Shown here in pieces: positions 38,501 to 52,000 of a DNA stretch of 57,384 nucleotides. A program made the position numbers and the translations under genes. The stretch is from Phyllosticta citribraziliensis (Eukaryota). Within the stretch, counting starts at the first letter, position 1. Every line of letters starts with the position of its first letter. Location: positions 1,860,001 through 1,917,384 of the forward strand of contig NW_027117346.1 in assembly GCF_038025025.1 (NCBI RefSeq), read 5' to 3'. Below the pieces are notes generated by a model. The model was given only the letters and a program-made list of their open reading frames with translations. It was not told the origin of the DNA and ran no database searches.

Positions 38501-41500
38501 AAAATAAAGGTAAGATAATAGATATACTAGAATAAGACCCCCTATTAATTAGGGACCTTAATCTATTAGCTAAGGAACTTAGTAATTTACTTACTAAATT
38601 AGCTAATTCTAGTATTCCTAAGCTATTAAATAAGATTATATCTAAGCCTTAGTAGGATGAGTCTCTTACTAAGCTAAAGAGGGATTATAGGACTAGAAAA
38701 AACTAAGTTTTATACTCTAATCTATAGAGTATAAAAGCCTATCTTATAGCTAAAAATAAGTACTTTTTAGCTATAAAAAATACTAAAAGGGAATATTAGT
38801 AGTAGTTCCTACTAAATATAGACTCTAAGTTAGTATTTAAAGTAATATAGTATACTAAGGATAGTAGAGTAGAATTTACACTATATATAAAGTCTATATT
38901 AGGGGAATTAGCTAATTCTTTTAATAAAAAATACTCTACTTTTAGAGAGGCCTTATTTCCTAAGCCCCCTAATACTCCTCCTATTAGGTAGGATAATTAT
39001 ATCTCTAATAATAGGTAGGAGTAGCCTAAATTAGACTCTAAGGAACTAGAACTTACTTATTCTACTTAAATTAAAGGGAAAACCCCTAGTCCTAATACTA
39101 TAAACTAAGACTTAATTATAGTAGCCTATAAGACCTACCCTAATCTATTTTTTAGAGTATTTAGCCTCCTATTCAATAGTAGCTATTACCCTAAATTATA
39201 GAGATAAGCTATAGGTATAATATTAAAGAAACCTAGTAAGCTAGACTATACTAGTCCTAAGTCTTATAGGATTATATCTTTACTAAATTACCTTAGAAAA
39301 ATAAATAAAAGAATTATAGCTAAAAGATTAGGCTATCTATCTAAAACTACCTATCTACTAGACCCTAGTTAAATAGGTAGATGGGTAAAGAAATTAGCTA
39401 TAGATACTACCCTTATCTTATCTAATATAGTAGAAGAGAATAAGCTATCTAAAAGACTTACCTCTATATTATTTTTAGATATTAAATATACTTTTAACCA
39501 TATAGTTAAAAATAATCTACTACTTTTATTAAAGAAAAAAGGACTCCTACTATAACTTATTAGCTAGGTATCTAGCTTCTTAAATAATAGGCTATTAAAA
39601 CTATTATTTATTAGATAAATAGAAGAGTTTAGAGATATAGAGATAAGGATTCTATAAGGAAGTCCTATATCTCCTATACTCTTTCTTATTTATATCTCTA
39701 AATTATTCCCTAGCTAGGTAGTAAAGTTTCTCTCTAATATAGATAATATTAGTCTTACTTTATTATCTATTAGTATAAAGAAGAGCCTTGAAATACTAGA
39801 GAGAGAGGCTTAATAACTATATAAGCTATGTGCTATAAAGGGTATTAAATTTAACTTATCTAAGATAGAATTAATATACTTTACTACCTAGAATAAGGTA
39901 AAAAATAGTACTATTATACTCCCTAATAGTAGTATTATTATACCTAAAGAGACTATCTACTAGTTATGAATCAATCTACTTTAATAATAAGCTAAAATAT
40001 AAATACCATATTAATACTTTAGCTTCTAAAGTAAGGAATACCCTATTTTAGCTTAATAGGCTTACTACTATTAGTTTAGGCCTTAGTCCTTATACTATAA
40101 GGTAGTTATATATAACTTATATTATTAGTATAATAGACTATAGCTACTAATTATAGTATTAACCTAAAGGAATAGATAATGTATTAAAAACTCTAAGGTC
40201 TATTTAGAATCTAGCTTTATAAAAGATTCTAGAAGTTTTTAAGACTAGTCCTATTAAAGCTATAGAAATAGAGGTAGGGATCCTACCTACTAAGGTTCAT
40301 CTAAGTACTACTATGAAAAAGTATATACTTAGGACCTTATAGCTCCCTAGCACCTATCCTATTCCTAAAGAATTAAATAGAATTAATTCTATAGAGAATA
40401 GACCTAGGAGACTAACCTAATTAGAATATATATATAAGAGTATTAATTTAAGAGATAGGCCTTACCTAGAACCTATTAAATACTTTTATTTTCCTCCCTA
40501 GGGAAAATCCCTCCTATTCTCCTATAGGATTAGTTCTCTTAGTAAAGAGGATACCAATTAGGAGTACCTAGACCTTAATAGCTAAAGAAGAAGTCCTAAT
40601 ACTACTTATATTTATACAAATACCTCTAGTCTCCCTAGTAGTAGAAGTATAGGTATAGGATTAGTTATACTACCTAATAACCTTATTAGTAGTAGGTCTA
40701 AGTTCTTAAATATAGGGTACTCTAACCTAGTATATAATAGGGAATTAGAGGGTATTAGTAAGGTATTTAAATATACTAGTAGATAAGTAAAAAGTAGATA
40801 TATATACTAAATATATATATAGATAACTAGGCTACTATATATAGGATAATTAATCCTTCTAATAACCTAGGTCAGTCCTAGTAATTAAGAGTCCTAGATA
40901 TAGCTAAACTAGCTATATCTAGAGGTACTTCTATAGTACTAGAATAGGTGCTAAGCTATATAGATATATATAGAAATAAATTAGCTAATTCCTTAGCTAA
41001 GGAAGTAACTAATAAAGAGCCTAAGCCCTACCCTAAAGTACTAGTACTTATAGGCCTAGATATAAAGGAAACTATTATATAGGACTAGTAGGCTATTATA
41101 GAGAAGGTAAAAGCTAAATCTAATAATACCTCCTCCTACTATAGTACTTATATAACTAAACCTAGCTATAAGCTTAGGGTGCCTATAGAAATACTAAGGA
41201 CTATAACCTTAGCTTTTTATTAGCTAAAAATAGGATATAGATACTTTAAAGCCTACCTATCATATATTAAATGGTCTCCTACTAGTATATATAGGTATAG
41301 TAGTCCTAAAGAAATACCTATATACCTCCTACTATCCTATAGGGAGTATAGAGAATAGAGAAAACTACTTAAGGAAGATATCCCCTCCCTAAGTATTAAA
41401 AACCTATTTAAAAACTTAGAAACTATAAAGGCTACCTTAGCCTTTATTAAAAAGACCAATATAGCTACTAAATAGTAGTATATTAAAAGAGAACCTAATA

Positions 41501-41865
41501 TATAGTAGGGTTAAGGAGTTATAGGGATATATATATATCTTTATATATCTTTATATATCTTACTCCCCTACCTATAAAACCTAACCCTTTCCTTCATAAA
41601 ACTATACTCCTTTAGTTTATACTTATCTCTACTTATATTACTAGTTTAGTAATTTTCCTTATAAGGGCTAGGCCTAAAATATCTAATTATAACCACTAAA
41701 AAAATCCCTTAGAAGGACTAGCGCTATATATATATACTCCTAATATAGTTATAACCTAATAGGATATATAATATATAAGCTATATAGAGCTACTAGGATA
41801 GCTATCCTCATCTCTTATAGTCTTAGACTTAAGAGGGACGTTAAACTAAATAAATAAATAAAAAA
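35585..41865 (+). mobile_element. Full-length Tad1-clade LINE (ORF1 with three zinc knuckles; ORF2 APE-RT-RNase H-CCHC), RIP-inactivated
   Basis: De-RIPed CX2CX4HX4C-type knuckles at ~37443-37650. APE (N)INKS...IF(I)QEP at ~37700-37790. RT QGSPISPILFLIY at ~39655 and SNIDNI (SYIDDI) at ~39733. RNase H IYT(D)xS at ~40610 and WVPSH...GNELAD-like at ~40945. Zinc finger at ~41290. (TAAA)n tail at ~41846-41865. Confidence 0.9.
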
Positions 41866-41869
41866 TAGG

Positions 41870-42527
41870 CTATTTTAACTATCTCTAAATTATCTAGATT
41901 AATTTTAGGGCTCAAGGGTCCTCCTAGGTATCTAGAAGGGGGTAAAGAGGTATTTTCTATACTCTTTTTATAAAAATTAAATAGATTAGTAGAAAAATAA
42001 CTAACATAAAAATCATTAGATTTTATTTTATATAAATTAAGCTATAAATAAACTCTACTATTACTTAGTAAGAGCTAGGTACTTAGAGAATTAGTAAAAT
42101 AGGTAGTTTTAGATAGTTTTATATTATTTTTTAATTTTAGAGGGTTTTTTAAGAGAAAGATAATAGAATAAAAATATTCTAAGGTTACTACTAGAATTAT
42201 CTTATTAAGATAGTTAAAATAGTATCTTTACTATTCTAATCTAGCCTAGTCTTATTAAGATTATATAATCTAAGATTAATATAAGATATAGCTCTAAAGA
42301 AAGGTATTACTTCTAAGTATAGTATTTATTAAAGACTAAGAGAAGTATAAAAATTTAAAATTAATCTTTTAGTCTTATTTCCTAATATCTTTTAATAATA
42401 TAAGTATTAGGTATAATAGAACTAAGTATAGGCTTTTAATTAGTATACTTTTTATCCTAATTAGATAAGGTTTTATAGAGATATAGGAGGTATAAAGTTT
42501 TACTCCTTTTTATATAACCTTCTTATC
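41870..42527 (-). mobile_element. 5'-terminal fragment (5' UTR plus start of ORF1) of a related LINE, in opposite orientation
   Basis: Its reverse complement aligns colinearly with ~35585-36235, e.g. ctaattaggataaaaagtatactaattaaaagcctatac and gagtttatttatagctta. It also shows some non-RIP differences. Confidence 0.85.
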
Positions 42528-44661
42528 ATGCTAATAGATTATATCTAGATAGGTCAATAGACTCACTAAGTAGCAAGTCCTAAGAGATGGTAGACTAGGC
42601 CTAGGGAGGGCCTAGGGCATGTATGCCTAAGTAAGAAGTATATAAAATAGTACTAAGACTTAATCTTAGTAAGGATAAGGTTTTATCTCTAAATATATCT
42701 AATTATCTATTATCTTACTTATTTTAATACCCTATAGAATACTAATCTTATATTTAAAACCTTCTCTTTACTATAGCTAAATTAACTTATAATAAAATAG
42801 TTATAACCTATAGTTCTAGTAATACCCCTACTAACTTAGCCCCCCCCCTAGGGTGGCACTACCCCTATAGTAGAATAAGGCTAGGCCTAAGCCTATTAGC
42901 TTTATAGAACCCCTCTAACTAAATTATATAGAATACTTATAAAGAGAGTACTTATTAGGATTTCCCTATTAGAGAAACTAGCTTAGCTACCTACTAGGGT
43001 AATAATAGCTAGATACTAAAGGAATACCTTTATAATACTAATATAAAGATTACCTAGTTTATTATCTACCTTACTAAAATAACCCTTAGGATACTAGAGT
43101 ATAACTACTATAAATATATAATTAAGGTATATAAGATAGCTAAGGGAGCCCTTAAGGATCTTATAAATACTATAGAGCCTCTCTATATAGGGAGTAGGGG
43201 TAACCCTACTAGCTAATAGAACCTTATAGGCTTAATTAAGTCTAAGCCTAAGAAGCTAAAGGATACTAAGCTATAGTCCCTAGAGTACTAGTTTATAATT
43301 ATAGAAAATACCTTTAAGATCTATAATATAATAGGTAATAAAGAAGCTACTTAGTAGTAGCTTAATAGAGCCCTTCTAGAGATAGAAGGACTTATATAGA
43401 AGGTACTAGAATAGCTAAATAAGAAACTACCCTTATTATAGGAGGAGTATAAGTTATTTATCTTAGATTAGCTCTAGAATCCTATACTATTATAGTTTAT
43501 AATATATAATAACCTATAACTTATATAATAAGGAAAAGGATAAGCTTTTAAAGTAGTCTAGAAAATTATTATCTTATATAGAGCTTATACTTAATTTACT
43601 ACTCTCTATAGAGAAGGATAACTAGGTATATCCTTCTAATACCCTAAGATATACTAAAAGGTCTAAATTAAGCTTACTAAGCTTAGAGCTAAATCTTATA
43701 TAAAGGAACTAAAGGATATATTTACTAAAGTTAAAAAGGCTAAAGGACTCCTTAAATAGACTATATAGATAAATTAAGCCCCTAGGGGCCCTCTTCTAAA
43801 GTATATCTAGCTAATTACTAGGGTGGCCTAAGGGGGTATATATCTAGAAAAGTACTAGAATATATCCTAGATAATAGGGTTTTCTAGACTATTACTATCT
43901 AATAAGGCTCTAGGCTAGTTAGGTAGGTTCTAGAAGGTAGGTAATAGTAATAATAATAATAATAAAGGCTATAAAAGCTAGTTAAGTTAGAAGAAGAATA
44001 ACTCTACTACTAATTAAGGGAAAGATTAGCCCTAGTTATATACCTCTCCTTATTAATATAGCTAGGGCTAGAGACTTAAGAAATCCTATCCTACTAGCTC
44101 CTTATTATAGTATAGGTAAACTATAATATAGATATAGAAAGGTACTACCTTCTAGCCCTCCTTAATAAAAGGGCTAACTTAAATATTATAGACTAAAGTT
44201 TAGCCTAGAGGCTAGCCTTCTTAAAGGCTAGCCTCCCTCTAGAGTAGAAACTATCTAGACCTTTATTAGCTAATAGTTTACTACTTATTATTAGTAACCT
44301 ATACTTAGTAATAGTAATAACCTAAGACTCTTAGGGAAATTACTAAACTATTAGACCCTAGATCTTCTAGTTAGCCTAATTATCTATACAAGGCCTAATT
44401 ATAGGTACCCTATAGCTATATAAGGTAGAAGTAAGGGTAGATTATAGGAAGATATCCCTCTATTAAGAACCTAACTAGGAGAAGCCCCCTAAGGTAGTTA
44501 GTATATCTATTCTAGTATATAAGTTAGTTTCTAAGGGCTTAGTCTACTATATATATACCTCTAGATTCTATATATAGAACTCTTAGCTAATAATTACCTC
44601 TATTAATAAGTAGCTACTAGTAGATCTAGATAATAAGGATATAAAGATATCCTACCCTAGC
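42528..44661 (+). mobile_element. Truncated Gypsy-type element (partial LTR, gag, aspartic protease), RIP-inactivated (Gypsy-B)
   Basis: LTR-like segment ending ...cttataata at 42794, a gag-like frame from ~42820, and a protease motif ALLNKRANLNII (ALLDxGANLNII) at ~44155. Interrupted at 44662. Confidence 0.65.
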
Positions 44662-47600
44662 TATTATAGTCTATAGATAGTTAGGGACGCCTTAGATAAG
44701 TAAGGTAGGCACTAGCTAGCAGGCTTAGTAGTATAAGTAAGTAGATAGAATAAGTAGGGCCCTAGGGCTAAGATAGAAATAATAATAATATAATCCTTAC
44801 TTAAGAAAAGATATCCTAACTAAACTTATAATATTTTCTAGTAGCTAAAAGTACTATAGTACTTCCTTTTACTATAATATCCCCTCTATATCTAGGACCT
44901 TTATTACTACTAATATATAAATACTATAAGTCTACTTCTACTAAAATCTAGGAAGATCTCTTTAAAATAGCTAATAATATACTTCTATATAGTACCTAGT
45001 AAGGATCTCTCTTCTTATATAACCTAGTACTAGTATTATTATAGTAGGACCCTTACTTCTATTATACTTACCTCTCCTTTTAATACTTAGTACTAGTATA
45101 TAGAACTATCTATAATATAGTCCCTAAATAATAAGTTTACTATATTAATTTTAGAAGAGGATATACTATCTACCTAGTAGCTTAAGGCTTTTCTCTATTA
45201 TAGTAAATATAAGTAATAGCTTAAATAGATTACCTTAGTAATAAGGACTTATATTAACCTTATTATAGAAATATTTAAGCCTCTAGATAGTATAGGAGTA
45301 TCTATTTAATAAACTATAGCCTTTTAAAGGTACCTAGATTATCTAGTATACTAGGATTTTATAAGAGGTATAAATTAGGCTACCTTCTAGTAAGCCTTAG
45401 AATAAGTTAATATTATCTATACTAAACTATTCCTAGAGAATTACCTAGTAGTTATAGAATAGAAATATATAGAAGAGGCTTTAGTTAAGGGTATAAGGAC
45501 TATAATACTAAGTATACTAATATCTACTAATATAATAGGTTTACTACTAAACCTAATCCTAATTATACTATATAAGGAGGTAGGCTAATATAATATAAGT
45601 ATAGGCTTAAGGATATCCTAATTCTTATATAATCTATTCTAATACCTTTCTCTAACTATACTAGAATATCCTACTATACTAGAGATATTAGCCTTAGGTA
45701 TAATCCTTAAAGTACCTTCTTAGCTATAAGCTAAGATAGTACCTTAGTTACCTTTAAGACCTATTATAATTATCTTAGAAGTTATACTAGGGTTAATTTA
45801 GAAATTATTAGGACCTACTCCTCCTATTAGTAGTTATACTATACCTAGATAAGGAAAGGGCTAACTAATTACCTACTTAATAAATCTACCCTCTTTTTAG
45901 GTATAAATACCTATTACCTTACTTTATAGATAACCTTAATTAAAATCTCTATACTATATATTAATTTATCTATAATCTATACTATCTATAGAGCCTTAAT
46001 AACCTATTTTATTAATACCTATACTAACTTAAGGATACTTATTATCTTTATATTACTCTACTTCTATATATACCTATTAATAACTCTAATTATAGATATA
46101 TATAACTATAAGGCTATACTAGCCCTAAGATAAATAGGTAATACCTCTTTAGACTTCCTAATTAAAATCTTTTAAAGAAAAGTAGCTAGTTACCTATACT
46201 AGTAGCCTATCTATAGATAATAAGCTAGAATATAATTTATAGAGTCTCTATTCTTCTATAGATAATAATTTTAAAGATTAATATATTCTACTAAACTTTA
46301 GTAAAGGTACTAGCTATACTTATAAAGACTAGTTTAGATAACCTTTCTTCTTATCTAGCTATAGGCCTCCTTATAGCTATTCTTACTAACCCTTTAGTTA
46401 ACTATCTAATATTTTCTAGAGTAGTATAGGCCTAGATTTTATTTAGACCTTTAGTTAATACCTATATAGTAGTCTTCCTTTCTTTAACTAATAGCTACTA
46501 GGAAACTAGAATCCTCCCCTAAGGTATATATATTATAACTAGCTACCCCTATATAATATAATACTATTATATATATATAACTAGTATAGTACTATAGACT
46601 AGATTAAGGAGATCTAGTAGCCTATTATAACCCTAGAATCTTTAAAAGTAAAGTTAGATAAGCTCTAAGATATATTCTTTAAATAATAGAAAGTATAGAT
46701 AGTAAACCTTACTATAATAAATAAGGGGATTAATAAGTAACTTAAGAAGCTTAGTATATATCTATTTATACTTAAAATAAGTATACCCTAAGGTAGATAT
46801 AGAGTACTATTAAGACTATTATAGCTATAGGAAGGGAACTATTTCTCTAATAAAAACTAGAGATAGTAATATTAGAAAAGGTATATCTAGTATAAGATAG
46901 AGGAGCTACTCCTACTAAATTCCCCTCTCTTTAAAAATAGGGATAAAGAAGATAAATAGTCTACTATCTTTTAATTTATTCCCCTATAGGGTATAGGAGA
47001 TAATAAGGAGTATAACTAGGCCTTAGTTTTAGGATTATATATAAGGAGGATAACCTTATACTTCTACCTAGATAATATTAGTTACTTTAACCCTAATCTA
47101 TTAGAAGAAGATATTAGCTATAGAGGTAGTATAACTAAATAAGGGAAGGTCTTATACTATACTATAGAGTAGTTTATTAATAGTATCTTAATAGCTTATA
47201 CTATCTATAGAGTAGATCTAATCTATACTAACCTATAGAAGTACCTAAAAGAATTATTAAATATATAATATACCTCCTAACTTATAGAGGAAGACTAAGC
47301 TTTTATATATACTAGATATAGTATTAATAATTAGACTTTACTACTATATAAAGACTTTAGGATAATATAATATAAGGCTATTAAAGTATTAAATAGAGTA
47401 TACTTTAGGCTCCTAGAGATCTATACTAAAAGTATAAGGGACTTTATTATTACCTATATATATCTAGGATAAGCTACTAGTTTCTCTACTATATATAATT
47501 AGTTAGCTAATACCTATATATATATTAACCCTTATTTCTAGTATTAAATCCCTAAACCTATAGTAAATACTATAGTCTAAGTATTTATTAAGAATATTAA

Positions 47601-48189
47601 GAGTTACTAGTAGACTTAGGAATATCTATCCTAATATTTTAATATAACTACTACTAGTAAGGTATTCTTCCCTAAGGGCTAGAATTAGGGATATACTTTA
47701 ATATAGACTACTAGCTAGCCTTTTAATTAATCTAATAGAGTATACTTAGTATCCTAGTATAATATAAGTACTAGGGGACTAAGTAATATAAAATAGGTAA
47801 CCTACCCTAAGTAGGGTATACTCCCTACTCCTAATCTAAAAGGGTCTAGTTCTAGGTCCTACTTAAAGCCTAAGGATTATTATAACTATAACTATAACTA
47901 TAAACTAACTATATATATATAATACTATACCTAGGATAGTTCTAAAAGTAAGTATAAGGATACTAATAAAGGAAGTAAAGATACTAAAAGTAATAAGGAT
48001 ACTAGTATAGAGACCCCTATAATTAATAAGGAGAAACTATAGTTAAATAATAGTAAGCCTATAATTATAATAGGAGCTAACTACTACTCCTAGTATAGAT
48101 ATATACTTACCTAGGATAATACTTTTAACTATACTCCTAGTAATAATATAATAGTACTTAATCCCTAGAAAGTATATAATAGCTACTAG
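44662..48189 (+). mobile_element. 5' part of a Gypsy-type element with a long leader and gag (Gypsy-C), RIP-inactivated
   Basis: Putative 172-bp LTR at 44662-44833 with inverted termini tattata...tataata. Gag motif DNISYFNPNL (DDIGYFDPxL) at ~47072. Cut at 48190 by the next insertion. Confidence 0.65.
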
Positions 48190-49002
48190 TATAGGCGGGA
48201 CTAGCTACTTACTAATATACTTACTTAGCCGGCCAAAATACTAGCACTAGAAGAGGTATAAGAGATAGTAACTAGTAGTAAATAAGTAGGCTCTATAGGA
48301 TAGGAATAAAATAACTACTAAACTAACTAAAATGAGCTACTATCTGGCTATTACTTTATTATCTAAGTAGTATAAGATTTAGGTATAAATAATAAGTATA
48401 AATAAATAAATAACTAAATATTTAGTAGATAATAGTTTAACCTAGTATAAAAAGACTTTATTTATATAAGTAGTACCTCTTAATAAGCAGCTATAAAAGG
48501 GGGTATATAACTAGCTAATCTACTACTAAAAATACTAATAATATAAAACCTCCTATTATAATTAAAGGTACTAAGTTTACTTATACTTTTATTAGCTATT
48601 ATTATTACTACTAAACTATATAGAACTATATCTTCCTAGTATTCTAGAGCTACCTATAGTCTTATTTTCTTACTAGCCTAATCTTCTACTTATATCTAAG
48701 CTAAAACTATAGCTAAGAATAAGAATAATAATTACTAAAAGTAACCCTTAAAAGCTATAAAAACTATACTAGCTAGTAGTACTATATATAGGGGGTACTC
48801 CTTATTTTACTATCCCCTAGTAAGTAAGAAGAAATAAGGATAAAAGGTAAGAGAGAGAGTATAAGCTATAGTCTATAGGAGGCTAGGTTAGAGTAGCTAA
48901 TTAGTATACTACTTACCTAGGTTATATATACTCCTATAAATAGGGCTAGTAGGTAAGATATTATCCTAGTCCTTATCCTTACTATACTTATTATAGTACT
49001 AG
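48190..49002 (-). mobile_element. Gypsy-D copy 1: 3' LTR (48190-48786) plus 216 bp of 3' internal region
   Basis: Direct repeat of 54298-55106. The LTR part is the reverse complement of 49003-49598. Confidence 0.85.
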
Positions 49003-52000
49003 TGTGGCACTGCTGGCTGGCACGGTTTTTGTAGCTTTTGATGGGTACTTTTGGTAATTGTAGTTCTTATTCTTAGCTGTGGTTTTAGCTTAGATATGAG
49101 TAGAAGATTAGGCTAGTAAGAAAATAAGACTATAGGTAGCTCTAGAATACTAGGAAGGTATAGTTCTATATAGTTTAGTAGTAATAATAATAGCTAATAA
49201 AAGTATAAGTAAATTTAGTATCTTTAGTAGTAATAGGAGGTTTTATACTATCTATATTTTTAGTAGTAGATTAGCTAGTTATATACCCCCTTTTATAGCT
49301 ACTTATTAAGAGGTACTACTTATATAAATAAAGTCTTTTATACTTAGTTAAACTATTATCTACTAAATACTTAGTTATTTATTTATTTATACTTATTATT
49401 TATATCTAAATCTTATACTACTTAGATAGTAAAGTAATAGCTAGATAGTAGCTTATTTTAATTAGTTTAGTAGTTATTTTATTCCTATCTTATAGAGCCT
49501 ACTTATTTACTACTAGTTATTATCTCTTATACCTCTTCTTATACTAGTATCTTAGCTAGCTAAGTAAGTATATTAGTAAGTAGCTAGTCCTACCTATATT
49601 TTATAGTATAGCTTCTATAGATTAGGAGCTTATTATTACCTAATTATATAAATATATAAGAGTAGTAGAAATTAGGTAAGTAAAAGGCTTTAAGATATTA
49701 CTAATAAGTACTATTAATTTTACCCTCCCCTACCTAGCCTATTATTAGATATTTACTATACTAGTTATTACTATTATACTAAAGATTATTTATTTAATTA
49801 TTTTAAGTACTATTTTATAGATACTATATAAGCTATAAGATTAATACTTATAATTTTATAGTAGAATAGTATATACTTTATAGAACTATAAAACTATACT
49901 ATTTAACTTTAGCTAGTTCTATTTTTATTAAGTATAATATTATCCTAGGTATTTCTACCTATAAAGTATAGAGGATAAGCCTAGATAGTTAATACTATAG
50001 TTTTTATATAATTATATTATAGATATTAGATTATTAAGGTCTATTAAGTTTCTAGGACTATTCTATTATATTATAAGGTTAGTAGTTTATATAATAAGTT
50101 ATAAAGGTAGATTTAGATATAATTATATAATAAATTTAATAACTAGCCTATAAGAACTATAAGTTCTTCTAGTAGATTAGGAAGAAATAGAAGAGGAGGA
50201 AGAGATATATTAAGAGGAGATAAAGAGAAGGGATAATAATCTAGCTCTTATAATAAAGGGTACTCTTCTAGAGGCTAGTAATAAGGGCCTATAATTACTT
50301 AAGAAGGACTATTTATAGTACCTCTATTACTAGTAATTAGTACTTAAGCTCCTTTATAAGGTATAAGGCTAGCTTTAGGTTTATTTAGACCTTTTACTAG
50401 ATTAGGTATACCTCCTATAATTATACTACTACTAGGGATAGATAGTAATAAAATAATATAGCTAAGCTAAGCTACTTAGCTAATATTAGATACTATAGAA
50501 ATAACTCTTTCTTAGCCTAGGGGAGAGTTATTATTACTAATAGAAGCTAACTAATATTATATAAGAATAGCTTCCCTAATATAGATAATTCTAATAAGCT
50601 AGATACTAGTACTAAAGTAAAGGCTATAATTTAGGGGAGATAATATATTATTATTCCTTAAAATATATAAATACTTTTATACTATAGCTAGGAGTCTCTT
50701 AGAAGAGTTTATACTAAAGCTAGTTTAATATTATAAAACCCTAATAGGCCTAGAAATCTATTATACTATTAAATTCTAGACTAGAGATTAGGAAGGTCTA
50801 AAAGTCTAGATATTAATATAATATAAGAACTAAGATACTAGTATAATTAATAGGAACTAAAGCTATATTAAGAACTTAGTTAAGAGATATAAGGACCTTT
50901 ATTACCCTTTTAAAGTAGATAAGTTCTTTAGGCTTTATAGGATACTTAATAATAAGATAGTAGAAGAAGGATATATTAATAAAAGTCTATAAGAGATATA
51001 GTTCCTTAATACCCTATATATAAATATAAGGACTAGGTTCTTATAAAAGGGGTATTTAATCTATAGAGCTAGAAATATTTAGTATCTCTAGTTATATATT
51101 AAGGCCTAGCTAGAATATAAGTAGTATATATTATTATACTCTATAGACTTACTAGAGGTTATAAATATAGTTATATACTATATTAAGGGGCTAGACTATA
51201 TTATAGACCCTATACTAATAAGAAGAGGATACCTCTTATAGTCTTCTCTATTACTTATAGTATTATCCTTTAATAGCTCTTCCTCTATAACTATAGCCTT
51301 AAGTAGATAATTAACCTCTAAGACTAGGACCCCTTTAATAAAGAGTAATAATACTATAATTAGAGACCTAGTAGATAAGCTAGCTAAGATATATATTAAA
51401 TTAATCTAGGAGGTTACTAGTTATATCTATAAATAGTTAGTAAATAGTAAGAAGTATAGGTATATTATAAATAATAGGGACCTATATATAAGAGTTATCT
51501 AATTATTATTTCTCTATAATAGCTCTATTAGGATAGGCTAGCTAGCTAGGTAGTATATACTACTACTAGAATAATATACTTTATAAGTAGGTCCTAGTCT
51601 TCTACTAATAAGGCTACTACTACCTAGAATAGCTCCTATAGGCTAATTATAGTATAACCTTAACTCCTATAACTAGGTAGGACCTACTAGTTTAAATATA
51701 AACTAAAGTATAGGAATAGGAGAATACTAGAGTTATAATAAAATAGGCTATATAATTAGGAGTTATCCTATTCTATTACCTTTTATATATACTAGCCTTA
51801 TATCTATTAGTTAAAATAGATATATCTAGGACTTTAATAGCTAGCTAATATTAACTTATAAGTAGAATAAATAGCTAGATATTAAGAAGTACTTATAGTA
51901 TTAGGGATAGATAAATAATAATAATTTACTAAAAATACTACTAGTACTAGAATAATAAATAACTCCTTACTAGACTAGGGGAGAGTTATTATCTTAATCT

